The notes beneath the pieces were generated by a model. That model was not told the origin of the DNA, searched no databases, and worked only from the letters and a program-made list of their open reading frames with translations. The translations under genes were made by a program, and so were the position numbers. Below, piece by piece: positions 46,078 to 55,750 of a stretch of DNA of 64,000 nt (positions are counted from its first letter, which is position 1; each line of letters begins with the position of its first letter). The DNA comes from an uncultured Fibrobacterota bacterium (lineage in GTDB: Bacteria > Fibrobacterota > Chitinivibrionia > Chitinivibrionales > FEN-1185), in assembly GCA_963729895.1 (NCBI GenBank), contig CAVSQB010000011.1, positions 115,733-179,732 of the forward strand. Direction: 5' to 3'.

Positions 46078-48297
46078 TCACCGCATCGCCATGGCCAGGG
46101 GGTGCCAGGATGGAATAGCATGTTCGATCCGCACCTGCCCCGGGCCTTCAAACCGGATGATGGCGGCGCCCTCTTGGTCCGACGGTCCAAGGAGCGAGTC
46201 CGGAATCGTAACCGATCGGTCCGCAATTGACACCCGATACCTGTAATAATCCGGCTGATCGAGCCGGCTGCTGTCCCGCAGTACTGCAAAGGTGCAACCC
46301 GGAGTTGGTGAGAAAAGACAGGGTGAATGCGCGGGCGGACAATGTACTCCGTACTCGCTTGCAAACAACTGAAAATCCGGGCAGGTTGACGCGAGGCTGT
46401 CGAAGGATACCACGGTATCCACCTGCTTGCTTTTAAGGAGAGGCTCGAGCGCCTGGATCGAGTTGCATGCGTCACCGGAAAGCACCACGGTCCGTATTCT
46501 TTCTCCCGGGACCAGCCGGGCCCATGGATCAACAACGCGGGCAAATGTTGTACTCGAAATCTCCGTGCCGTCAAAACCGGCAAGCCAGACAACGTGATTG
46601 GGCCATCGTATGCCTGCCAGATGAGACTTCTTGATCTGGAACAGCGTCAGCTCGGCAGGCGAATTGTGTTGCTGCCAGAGCACCAGCGCACACGAAAGCG
46701 CGACAAGCCCGGCGCCCCCTCGCAGTACGTAGCGACGCAGCAACCCGGTTTTCACTGCGCACAACCCGGCCAGGAAAAGCGCGTACAGCGTGTAAACAGC
46801 CGGAAGTAAACGCGGCAATTGTACCGTCGACAAAGGCATGCGTGAGACAAAGCCGGCGCACACCACCATCAACTCCACGCAGTGCTCCGCGGCGGACATG
46901 ATGAACGGGACAAGGGGCGGGAAAACAATCTGAAGCAGGAATCCGATCATCGCAAGCCACATTGATACCGACATGAGTGTTACTGCAAAAAGATTGACTG
47001 CAATTCCCGCCAGCGACAGCGTTCCAAAATGATAGGCGAGGACAGGCGCGGATGCCGCAAACGCGGAAAGCGAAACAAAGAAGGGAGAAGACAGGGGCGA
47101 CACAATCGTCTTTGCAAGGCTGTGCGGCACCCTGTTCCACGCCTCAGAGAACACCGGGTACAGGGCGGCAATGCCGAAGGTTGCGCAGAACGACAATTGG
47201 TAGCCGGCGGTCGCCAGGGACAACGGTGAAAGAAGAAGCCACACCGTGCCGGCAATTCCGAGCGAATTGAGAACGCGCGATTTCTTCTGGAACACAAACG
47301 AAAGCATCACGACGCTCGTCATCACAACCGCCCGGAACAAAGAGGGAATGGGCCCGATAAACATGAGGTACAACCAGACAAAAGCGAGCACCAGTACCGC
47401 CTTGACTTCCCGCGGCACAGGGAAAAGAAACAGGAATGCGAAAAGAGCCGCGGACACGATTGCGATATTGAATCCGGAAAGGGCCAGCAGATGATAGATC
47501 CCGGCCCGGAAGAAAAGGTCCCGAATACCCGCGGAAAGGTCGGTCCTGTCATTGAGAAACGATGCGACAATAATAGCCCGGTAGTCGCTGTTTCGAATCC
47601 GGGAAGCGGCGTTGAGCACCGTTGTGCGCGCGTACAGGGTCGCCGTATTCCAGAGCGACTTACTCTCCGCGAGGCCGACGATGGAATCGCAGAAGAACCT
47701 GCCCCACCTTCCACTTGACAAACAATATGAATAATCGTCGAATGCGCCGGGATTGGCTGCAGGCCGCGGCGGGACGTATTTCCCCGCGCAAACAATTCTT
47801 CCGGCGGCGCAGGGCATCCGTCCGCTGCGGCATTCGATGGCCCTGTGCTTGAGAACACCGGCATGCCCTTTTACAAAGAGAGAATCGCTGCGGACCGTGA
47901 AGACATAGGATCCGTTCGACAGCACGGGCACGGAAATGAGGGCGCCGGACAGGCGCGCGTGGACGTTTCCGGACAAAAACGGACGCGCACGCAGGAATTC
48001 GCTTTGTTGCACCGAGTAGGAATGGCAGAGCGTTGCGGCGCCCGCCACGCAGAAAAAAACGCAGCGGAGGAGAAGGCGGGAGGAGAACAATCCGATGCAC
48101 AGCGACAAAATGATTGCAACGACGAAAGCGGGATCATACAATATCGAATAAATACCGGGGAAGCGGACCAGAAAGTATCCCGCACCCAGTCCGCACGACA
48201 GCGCGATCCACGCGACAAAACCGGGGAGCCGGAGCCAATCCCGGAGGCGGGGAAACGTGCCGAGCAGGCCTTTGGGCAGCGAACCGATCCTGGCCAT
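46078..48297 (-). CDS. comEC: ComEC/Rec2 DNA-uptake protein
   Basis: NPGAFD, GIYHLLALSGFN, SLFRA, GYQLSF.AT; multi-TM. Confidence 0.88.
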   Translation of the reverse strand: MARIGSLPKGLLGTFPRLRDWLRLPGFVAWIALSCGLGAGYFLVRFPGIYSILYDPAFVVAIILSLCIGLFSSRLLLRCVFFCVAGAATLCHSYSVQQSEFLRARPFLSGNVHARLSGALISVPVLSNGSYVFTVRSDSLFVKGHAGVLKHRAIECRSGRMPCAAGRIVCAGKYVPPRPAANPGAFDDYSYCLSSGRWGRFFCDSIVGLAESKSLWNTATLYARTTVLNAASRIRNSDYRAIIVASFLNDRTDLSAGIRDLFFRAGIYHLLALSGFNIAIVSAALFAFLFLFPVPREVKAVLVLAFVWLYLMFIGPIPSLFRAVVMTSVVMLSFVFQKKSRVLNSLGIAGTVWLLLSPLSLATAGYQLSFCATFGIAALYPVFSEAWNRVPHSLAKTIVSPLSSPFFVSLSAFAASAPVLAYHFGTLSLAGIAVNLFAVTLMSVSMWLAMIGFLLQIVFPPLVPFIMSAAEHCVELMVVCAGFVSRMPLSTVQLPRLLPAVYTLYALFLAGLCAVKTGLLRRYVLRGGAGLVALSCALVLWQQHNSPAELTLFQIKKSHLAGIRWPNHVVWLAGFDGTEISSTTFARVVDPWARLVPGERIRTVVLSGDACNSIQALEPLLKSKQVDTVVSFDSLASTCPDFQLFASEYGVHCPPAHSPCLFSPTPGCTFAVLRDSSRLDQPDYYRYRVSIADRSVTIPDSLLGPSDQEGAAIIRFEGPGQVRIEHAIPSWHPLAMAMR

Positions 48298-48448
48298 AGG
48301 CCATCAAAATACGATATTGGACAAACGACAACCCCGACAAAATAGCGGGTGTCGTGGACGTTGACTTGAACGACGGCACAAGAGTGACTATCGACGATTT
48401 CTCTTTCGAAAATCTTCCAGGCTGTAAGCCTTTGTTCGTAAACCGATT

Positions 48449-49387
48449 ATGATAGTTTCGTCACGCATTACCAAAGGCCATAAGGCCCTGCCCCTTGTGG
48501 AGTATCTTTCCAACCGCTTTACCTATCTTTCCAGAGAACAATGGCGTGACCGGATACTCTCGCATTCCGTTTTGGTCAACCAAGTCCCGTCGGCCGCCGA
48601 GACTGTCCTGCGTCCCGGCGATATCGTGTCATACCTGATGCCCGATTTTCCGGAACCCGACGCCGACACGCGGTACAGCATTGCGTACGAAGACGAATGG
48701 ATCCTGGGTGTGAACAAGCCCGGCAACCTGCTGGTGCACAAAGCCGGAAAATCGATCACCAGGAACCTGGTTTTTCTCCTGCGTCATGCCTCGGATAATC
48801 CCCGTTGGGCCACGGTACATGCGGTGAGCAGGCTCGACAGGGAAACCTCGGGTCTTGTGCTGTTTGCAAAGGACATGGAAAGCCTCCGAAAACTCCACCG
48901 TGATTTTGCCGCCCGGGCGGTGGCAAAAGAATATGTTGCTATTGTCCACCATGCGCCCGATAGGCCGTTGTGCGCCGTGGACCTTCCCATCGGGCCGGAC
49001 ACGGGTTCGCAGATTTCCTACAAGTTCCGCGTCGATCCCGAAAAAGGGAAAAACGCCTGCACGGTCATCGAATGGGTGAGCGGCAACGGCGAATACTCCC
49101 TTGTGCTCGCACGGCCGGCCACAGGAAGGACACACCAGATTCGGATACACTGCGCCGCCATCGGAATACCGGTGGTGGGCGACAAACTGTACGGACTGAG
49201 CGAAGACGCCTACCTTGCGTGGCGAAACGATCCGCAAAGCCGGGAACTCGAATTTCCCCGGCAGGCCCTTCATTGCATGCGCCTTGTGTTCCGACACCCT
49301 GCAACGGGACAGAGGATGACGCTCGAATCTCCCGTGCCTCGGGATATGGCGGCGCTGTCGGAAAAACTGGGGTTGAAATTCCCTTAA
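48449..49387 (+). CDS. RluA-family pseudouridine synthase
   Basis: VNKPG.LLVH, SRLDRETSG, TGRTHQIR.H, GDKLYG, QALH. Confidence 0.93.
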   Translation: MIVSSRITKGHKALPLVEYLSNRFTYLSREQWRDRILSHSVLVNQVPSAAETVLRPGDIVSYLMPDFPEPDADTRYSIAYEDEWILGVNKPGNLLVHKAGKSITRNLVFLLRHASDNPRWATVHAVSRLDRETSGLVLFAKDMESLRKLHRDFAARAVAKEYVAIVHHAPDRPLCAVDLPIGPDTGSQISYKFRVDPEKGKNACTVIEWVSGNGEYSLVLARPATGRTHQIRIHCAAIGIPVVGDKLYGLSEDAYLAWRNDPQSRELEFPRQALHCMRLVFRHPATGQRMTLESPVPRDMAALSEKLGLKFP

Positions 49388-50103
49388 GACAAGGGACCGG
49401 CGGGATCGCCCACGGGTCGGGGCGCAAACGGCGCAACCCGGTTGTTGAACATCACCACCATCTCGCCCCTGGGCTGCTTTGCGGCAAAATGAGCGAGAAG
49501 GGACGCGGGCGTGCCGCGAAGAAATTCCTCGTGGACCTTGGTGATCTCCCGGCCGATCACCACCGAAACGTCGCCGAGTATCTCACCCATGTCCGAAAGC
49601 ACCTTCACAATGCGGAATGGGGATTCGTAGAAGACAACGGTCCGGCCCTCCTGTTTCATGTCCTCCAGAAAGCGGCGCCTGCGTCCGCTCTTTACAGGCA
49701 GGAAGTTCTCAAAGACGAACCTGTCGGTGGGAAGGCCGCTGCAGACAAGCGCGGCAACTGCCGCGCACGCGCCCGGCACGGGCACCACCGGTATGCCCTC
49801 GCGCGCGGCCTCGCGCACGATGTAAAATGCCTCGTCCGCAATTCCCGGCGTCCCGGCATCGCTGATCAGCGCCAGGTCGTTGCCTTCCTTGAGCATCCGG
49901 ATGATTCGCGGCGCGGCTTTTTCCTTGTTGAAATCGTGAAACGAAATAAGGGTGGGGGAAACCCCGATATGAGCGAGCAGTATCCGCGACCGGCGCGTGT
50001 CTTCGGCAAGAACGGCGGCGACGGTGCCAAGGACCTTTTTTGCCCTGATGCTGATATCATCAAGATTGCCGATGGGAGTGGAAACAATGTACAGTGTTGC
50101 CAC
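49384..50103 (-). CDS. rsmI: 16S rRNA C1402 2'-O-methyltransferase
   Basis: LYIVSTPIGNLDD, AEDTR, SDAGTP, YESPFR, REITK.HEE. Confidence 0.95.
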   Translation of the reverse strand: MATLYIVSTPIGNLDDISIRAKKVLGTVAAVLAEDTRRSRILLAHIGVSPTLISFHDFNKEKAAPRIIRMLKEGNDLALISDAGTPGIADEAFYIVREAAREGIPVVPVPGACAAVAALVCSGLPTDRFVFENFLPVKSGRRRRFLEDMKQEGRTVVFYESPFRIVKVLSDMGEILGDVSVVIGREITKVHEEFLRGTPASLLAHFAAKQPRGEMVVMFNNRVAPFAPRPVGDPAGPLS

Positions 50104-50129
50104 TCAGCATCCTTCGGGTGCAAGGCGGG

Positions 50130-50540
50130 TCATTCTTTTTCCCTTGTGTGCGCCTCGAGGATGAGGCACGCGGCGACGGCGTCGATGTTTTCCTTGTTGC
50201 GCCGGTGTTTTTTTTTCCGGTTTCGGAGTATGTCGTGGGCCCTTTTCGAACTCAAACTTTCATCCACAAAATGAACGGGCAGGCCGGCCTCGCGCTCCAG
50301 GCGCGCGGCAAAGGCGCGGACTTCCTGCGACATCGCGGTGTCGAGGTCGCAGGAGTCAAGAGGAAGCCCGACTACGATTTGTGAAACCCGCTCCTGTTCG
50401 ATAAGGGTGCGCAGGGCGCTCACGTACCGCGGGGATGTCTTTCTGTCCAGGGTAGGGAGGCTCCGGACGAATTGGCCGGTTTCATCGGTTATCGCAAGGC
50501 CGATCCTGCGTTTCCCGTAATCAATTCCGATGAGCTTCAT
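50130..50540 (-). CDS. ruvX: RuvX/YqgF pre-16S rRNA nuclease
   Basis: GIDYGKRRIGLA, VVGLP, DESLSS, DAVAACLIL. Confidence 0.93.
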   Translation of the reverse strand: MKLIGIDYGKRRIGLAITDETGQFVRSLPTLDRKTSPRYVSALRTLIEQERVSQIVVGLPLDSCDLDTAMSQEVRAFAARLEREAGLPVHFVDESLSSKRAHDILRNRKKKHRRNKENIDAVAACLILEAHTREKE

Positions 50541-52248
50541 CGACCGTCTTTGTCCATTCCATGAGGATTTCCAGCGTCGAGAGGTCTACGTTCCTGGTTT
50601 GCGTCGTCTTATCAAGCACGAAATGGAAATGTCCCTTGCTCAGGTCGAGCATTTCATACACCGCATTGCGTCCCTGCTGGCTCGGCGTCGCGGCGTAAAC
50701 AAGCCGGCCTTGCTCGAAGTAGATGAGGCCGAAAGGTTTATCGGTCACCACGTACAGGCAGCCGGTCTTCCGGCCTATTTCTATAAACTGCATCACCTCA
50801 ATGAGGCTGCCGGGCCCGATCTCGCCGCCCAGGGCCGACGTCTCAACGCTCTTGCGGATCGATTTTGTCTCCGTCTGGGTGATGATGAGGGGCGTCACAA
50901 GCCGGAAAATGTCTCTGTCGGAGAACGCAATGCCCAGAAAATGAACGTTGGGCTGCGCCTTGTGCCTGGCGACGGCTGCGGTGTCGGGAACGTTGTAGAA
51001 AACGGCAAGGATGTTTGACGTCGACGACCTGTTCACAAGAACGGATTCCACGGCGGACACCACGTTGTCGCCGATTTGCCAGTCCACCACGATGATATCG
51101 GGAAGGTAATGCGCCAGAAGATTCCGTGCGTGGTCGAGATCCGTTGCATAGCTGATTTGAAACCCGATCTCCGAAAAGCATTTCGCAAGGGTCGTTGTTG
51201 CATTGGTAAGGGAATACTGGATTTCCTTTTCCGCTTTAGCAATTATAAGGAGGTCCTTTTTTACCGCCACTTTGCGCGTCGCCTTGCTCCTGAGCGAGAT
51301 GACTGCGACGATCACAAGGAGCGCAAGCAGGACGAGCCCAACGCCGCCCAGGGCGGAAAAGAGAACAATGCGGGAAATTTCCTTTGTTGCCGTCGGGGCA
51401 TCAACGATCCTGCCGTACCGGCGGTCCACCCAGCCGGGGTTCTTTCCAAACTGTATTTTGCACCACGACGTGCCGACGTACAGGAGGGGATAGCATTCGT
51501 TGTTATGCGCCATGCCCAGAATGGGAGATTCGGGGCTCACGGTGACAAGGATCCGCGCAGGGCTTTCCGTTATTTCGAAATACTTCTGGGCGGTTTGGCC
51601 GGGGGTTTTTGAACCGGGGGGCGCGGCCTGAGAAGGCAATGGCGAAACCGCGGCGGTTTCTGAGGACGAATACGGGGATGGCTGTTTACTTGAGGTCATC
51701 GGCATCACTGACGCCGGCGGCAGGTCAACGGCTACATTTTGGGGTTTCTTCTGTTTTCGCTGGCCCCTTTTTTGCCCCTGTTCAAGATTTCCTTCCTGTT
51801 TTTCTTCGAGCAATAGCCCAGGCTGTTCAACGGCGGACTGCTGGCGTGAAGTTTCAGGAAGGATGCCCTGCGCACCGGCCGGAGGTTTCGGGGCCGGTGC
51901 GGCCTGGACCGGCTGCGTCGCCTGTCTGGATTGCAAAGAACTCTGTTGGAGTTGAGTGGAAACGGCGGATGAAGCGGGGAAAACTGCGGATTCCGGTGTG
52001 GCGACATTGGCTTGGTAAATCCATCCGATGCTGCCCTTGAACTCTATATTGTACCAATCACCCTTTTTTGAAATTATCCTGCACAGATCGCCCTTTTTTG
52101 CCATGCCCACCAGTTTTGCATCACCGTACGGCAGAAGGACGACCCGGGCTACGTCTTTTGACACCACCACATAATTATCGGCGCAAAAAACCACACAGGT
52201 GAAGAACAGGAGAGCTACTGCACATCGTACGGCACAACACTGTGTCAT
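50521..52248 (-). CDS. Signal peptide-SH3b-linker-SH3b-TM-atypical REC-DUF4388 (PatA_N) protein
   Basis: WYNIEF.G.IGWI and WCKIQF...PGWV (SH3b); TM; PDIIVVDW; GSLIEVMQFIEIGRKTGCL..G.IYFEQG..GHFHF. Confidence 0.8.
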   Translation of the reverse strand: MTQCCAVRCAVALLFFTCVVFCADNYVVVSKDVARVVLLPYGDAKLVGMAKKGDLCRIISKKGDWYNIEFKGSIGWIYQANVATPESAVFPASSAVSTQLQQSSLQSRQATQPVQAAPAPKPPAGAQGILPETSRQQSAVEQPGLLLEEKQEGNLEQGQKRGQRKQKKPQNVAVDLPPASVMPMTSSKQPSPYSSSETAAVSPLPSQAAPPGSKTPGQTAQKYFEITESPARILVTVSPESPILGMAHNNECYPLLYVGTSWCKIQFGKNPGWVDRRYGRIVDAPTATKEISRIVLFSALGGVGLVLLALLVIVAVISLRSKATRKVAVKKDLLIIAKAEKEIQYSLTNATTTLAKCFSEIGFQISYATDLDHARNLLAHYLPDIIVVDWQIGDNVVSAVESVLVNRSSTSNILAVFYNVPDTAAVARHKAQPNVHFLGIAFSDRDIFRLVTPLIITQTETKSIRKSVETSALGGEIGPGSLIEVMQFIEIGRKTGCLYVVTDKPFGLIYFEQGRLVYAATPSQQGRNAVYEMLDLSKGHFHFVLDKTTQTRNVDLSTLEILMEWTKTVDEAHRN

Positions 52249-52258
52249 AGGGCATGGG

Positions 52259-52633
52259 TCATACTTCAACGGTTTTTTGCTTGTAAATGTACATCGACAC
52301 GCCGACAAGCGTTCCAAGCAACAGAACCACGAAAACCAGGAACGTCCCGAGCGGCAGGTACTGAGGATTGTTCACCACAACGCCGGCCTGCTTGTCCAGC
52401 CAGCCGACCTTGTCTTTGATTTTTATCTGGAACCAGGCCTTGCCCTCATACACGAGCTCGAAATGGTCCCCTCTTTTCGCCTGGGTGATCACGTTCGACT
52501 TTGGATCAAGAAACTCGTAGACATTTACAAAGGGATTTTTGATCTCCACGTACTTTGGGGCTGCGGCGCGGGAAGGGGAAAAGGAGACCAACAGAAAGAA
52601 GAAGCACAACAGGGATACAATCGACTGCTTCAT
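52259..52633 (-). CDS. Small SH3b-domain protein with a C-terminal TM anchor
   Basis: SD GAGGAGGT; signal peptide; VNVYE...P.S..I.QAKRGD..WFQIK..GW; C-terminal TM. Confidence 0.8.
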   Translation of the reverse strand: MKQSIVSLLCFFFLLVSFSPSRAAAPKYVEIKNPFVNVYEFLDPKSNVITQAKRGDHFELVYEGKAWFQIKIKDKVGWLDKQAGVVVNNPQYLPLGTFLVFVVLLLGTLVGVSMYIYKQKTVEV

Positions 52634-53712
52634 GAAGGATACCTCCTCGTTGGGATGTTTGACTGAATTGAATCGTTCAAGCGCGCGAAAAAAAGCTCTT
52701 CGGACGGAACGTCGGAAAAACACAAATCTATTTTAAGATACCAAATTTCCGGACCATATACAAGTTTTATGGTATTCAATCTGAATGCGTCTTTCTCGGT
52801 GGTTATTATCCCGTCGCACGCGCTCCCGCAGAGCTTCTCAATCTCCTCTCTTGTAAAGGCATGGTGATCGCGAAAGAAATGGGATTCGGACGGATGGACT
52901 CCCATGCGTTCGACGAGATAAGAGAAGCGGTCCGGCCTTGCAATTCCCGAGAGCAGTACGGGCCGCTTGAGCGGAAGGTCCGCAGATGTTTCACCCGTAC
53001 CAAGGTTGCGCCAGACGGTAGGGACCTGATAAAGAATGTGTATGTTCTTTCCGGGAAATAGCGGCGCGAGCTTTTCCCGCGTGCGGCCGAGTTCGTCCGC
53101 CAGTCGCCGCTCCCCGATAACGCAGATGCAGTGCGCACGATTGCAATTCTTGAGCGGCTCCCGAAGCGTGCCGCCGGGAATCAGTGTGTCGGCAAAGGGA
53201 TCGGGCGGCAGGCACACAATGTCGATGGTCCTTTTCATCCGGCGATGCTGGAAGCCGTCGTCCATGATGAAAACTGTTTTTTGAGGAACCACGCTGCACA
53301 GGGAATTCGCCGCTCTTGTGCGGATCGGGGAAACTCCAAGCCACGATTCCGGGACTGCCGCGTGAAGCAGCGCGGGCTCGTCGCCCACCAGTTCCCACGA
53401 GGCCCGGGAGCCTGGCTTGCATATGACGGTTTCCCGGCTTCGTCTGCCGTAACCCCTGCTCAGGAAGGCCACGGTGAACCCTTTCTCAACAAAGTACTTT
53501 CCCACGAGCAGCGACAGTGGAGTTTTTCCCGTGCCTCCTGCGTGGATGCCGCCAACGCTCACGGTTGGTCTGCCGGGTTCCCCGGACAATGCCGGCACGC
53601 GGTTGTAAAGAAGATTCCTCATCGCAATGCCGCCGCGGTACACGGACGACAGAAAGCCTGGAACAATGCCGTTGCCGAGCGGTTCCGGAAAGGGAATACT
53701 TGTTTTAAGCAT
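52630..53712 (-). CDS. lpxK: Tetraacyldisaccharide 4'-kinase
   Basis: SVGGI.AGGTGKTP, LSRGYG, GDEP, DDGFQH, G.LRE, F.DHH.F, TTEKD. Confidence 0.95.
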   Translation of the reverse strand: MLKTSIPFPEPLGNGIVPGFLSSVYRGGIAMRNLLYNRVPALSGEPGRPTVSVGGIHAGGTGKTPLSLLVGKYFVEKGFTVAFLSRGYGRRSRETVICKPGSRASWELVGDEPALLHAAVPESWLGVSPIRTRAANSLCSVVPQKTVFIMDDGFQHRRMKRTIDIVCLPPDPFADTLIPGGTLREPLKNCNRAHCICVIGERRLADELGRTREKLAPLFPGKNIHILYQVPTVWRNLGTGETSADLPLKRPVLLSGIARPDRFSYLVERMGVHPSESHFFRDHHAFTREEIEKLCGSACDGIITTEKDAFRLNTIKLVYGPEIWYLKIDLCFSDVPSEELFFARLNDSIQSNIPTRRYPS

Positions 53713-53742
53713 GATGTTAAATTGTTTGTGTAGCTTCTGTTA

Positions 53743-54642
53743 TTACAAGTTGTTGCACACAGCCATCACAACCCTTGGACGCTGCGCGAGGTCGCTTAAG
53801 ACCCGGATGTTTTCCCAGTGTTTGTCCCCCAGTAATTTTGGAACTTTTACGCCCTGGGTCGATCCGATCTCGCAATACAATCTGCCGCCGCGCTTAAGAA
53901 TGTCCTTACCCTTTGTTGCAAGAATGGCGTAGAAGTCCGTACCTTCTTTGCCCCCGGCTAATGCCTGCCGCGGTTCGAACAACCTCACGCTTTCGTCGAG
54001 TTGCAACATTTCCTCATCGGAAACGTAAGGCGGATTGCTGACGATAAAATCGAATCCGCGCTCCGTTGCGCACAAGGTTTTGTTGGCGGCGGCCGTCCGG
54101 TCTTTGGACCGGGGATTCTTTACACAAGACAATACGTCGGCGCTCAGGATGCCAAGGCGGTCCGCGGGACAATTGCGGCGCGCGATGCGAAGGGCCGCAA
54201 AGGAACTGTCGATGCCTATTCCGGTCCAGAAAGGCCGTTGGTTCAACAGGGCTGCCGAAATGGCCCCGCTGCCGATACCCATGTCCACGAAGCGGGCTCT
54301 ATGCGCTTGCTCGTTCGCAAGAACAGCCTCAACCAGGATTTCGGTTTCCGGGCGGGGTATGAGAACGTCCGGACTCACGGCAAGTTCGAGCGAACAGAAA
54401 TGAACCACCCCCAGAACATACGCAAGGGGCTCGCCTGCACCCCTGCGCAATGCGATGGAATCGACCCGGGCGCTTTCCCGCTCGTCCAGCACGCGGTCCG
54501 CCGCCCGAAGGTAGAGCGTGCTCCTGTCGCACCCCAACACGTGCTGGAGGATAAGCTCCGATTCCGCAAGAGCGCTTTCCTGCGCCGCCGGGACAAGCGT
54601 GTCCCGAAGGGATCGCAACACTGCCTGGACGGTTGAGGTCAT
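53743..54642 (-). CDS. prmC: Release factor glutamine methyltransferase
   Basis: GEPLAY.LG, VLIPRPETE, DMGIGSGAI, SNPPY, FEP..AL.GG. Confidence 0.95.
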   Translation of the reverse strand: MTSTVQAVLRSLRDTLVPAAQESALAESELILQHVLGCDRSTLYLRAADRVLDERESARVDSIALRRGAGEPLAYVLGVVHFCSLELAVSPDVLIPRPETEILVEAVLANEQAHRARFVDMGIGSGAISAALLNQRPFWTGIGIDSSFAALRIARRNCPADRLGILSADVLSCVKNPRSKDRTAAANKTLCATERGFDFIVSNPPYVSDEEMLQLDESVRLFEPRQALAGGKEGTDFYAILATKGKDILKRGGRLYCEIGSTQGVKVPKLLGDKHWENIRVLSDLAQRPRVVMAVCNNL

Positions 54643-54673
54643 GGTGTGCCGCTCCGGACGGAAGACGAAACGG

Positions 54674-55750
54674 TTACGACGACGAGCCGGCCAGTTTGAT
54701 GCGCTCGTTGAGGTCCGCGGCGGCCAGTGCATCAATCACCTGCTGCAGGTCGCCGTTGATGATGGCATCCAGTTTGTAAAGCGTCAGGTTGATCCGGTGG
54801 TCGCTCAGGCGGTTCTGCGGGAAGTTATAGGTCCGTATCTTTTCACTCCTGTCCCCGGAACCCACCATCGTCCTGCGGCTGGCCGATTCCTCGGCCTGTT
54901 TCTCCGATTGGCGCAGATCAAACAGCCTTGAAGAAAGGATCTTCATGGCCTTGTCCTTGTTCTTGAGCTGCGATTTTTCGTCCTGGCACGAAACGGTAAG
55001 CCCCGTTTCCAGATGGACGATCCTGACCGCGGATTCCGTTTTGTTCACATGCTGGCCGCCCTTGCCCCCGGCCCGGAACACGTCGATGCGTATTTCAGAA
55101 GGATCGATGGTGACCTCTATATCGTCCGCTTCGGGAAACACCGCCACCGATGCGGCCGACGTGTGGATGCGGCCCTGGGCCTCGGTCTGCGGCACGCGTT
55201 GCACCCGGTGGACGCCGGATTCGTACTTGAAGGTGCCATAGGCTTCGTCGCCCTTCACCAGGAATATTATTTCCTTGATGGCGCCGATGTCCCCGAAGCT
55301 GGAACTGAGTACCTCAAACGTCCAGCCCCTGTTTTCGATATAATGCGTGTACATTCTGTAGAGATCGGCGGCAAAAATTCCGGCCTCAATTCCGCCCGTG
55401 CCGGCGCGGATTTCCACCAGCGCGTTCTTGAGGTCGCGCGGGTCTTTGGGCACCAGATAATACTTTATTTTCTGTTCCAGGGCCGGAAGTTCCTGCTCAA
55501 TCCGTCCGATTTCCTCTTTTGCCATCTCACGAATTTCGAGATCGGGCTCGGTCGTCAGGAGTTCTTTGTTGTCCGCAAAGTTTTTGACTATGTCGACGTA
55601 CCGGAGATACTCGGGCATGTTCTTCCTGAGCGAATTGTATTCTCTGCCGAGTTTTTCCAGGAGTGCGGGGTTCGAGGTAACTCCGGGAGAGGCGAGTTCT
55701 TCTTCCAATTCCTTTTGGCGCGCAATAAGTTCCCGGACCTTATCGATCAT
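54674..55750 (-). CDS. prfA: Peptide chain release factor 1
   Basis: EIRAGTGG, VPQTE (PxT), GGQHVN, RTYNFPQNR. Confidence 0.98.
   Translation of the reverse strand: MIDKVRELIARQKELEEELASPGVTSNPALLEKLGREYNSLRKNMPEYLRYVDIVKNFADNKELLTTEPDLEIREMAKEEIGRIEQELPALEQKIKYYLVPKDPRDLKNALVEIRAGTGGIEAGIFAADLYRMYTHYIENRGWTFEVLSSSFGDIGAIKEIIFLVKGDEAYGTFKYESGVHRVQRVPQTEAQGRIHTSAASVAVFPEADDIEVTIDPSEIRIDVFRAGGKGGQHVNKTESAVRIVHLETGLTVSCQDEKSQLKNKDKAMKILSSRLFDLRQSEKQAEESASRRTMVGSGDRSEKIRTYNFPQNRLSDHRINLTLYKLDAIINGDLQQVIDALAAADLNERIKLAGSSS

Noticed and set aside
48970..50274. 434-aa plus-strand ORF
   Set aside because: Off-frame over the RluA gene and antisense to rsmI; Arg/His-rich and without motifs.
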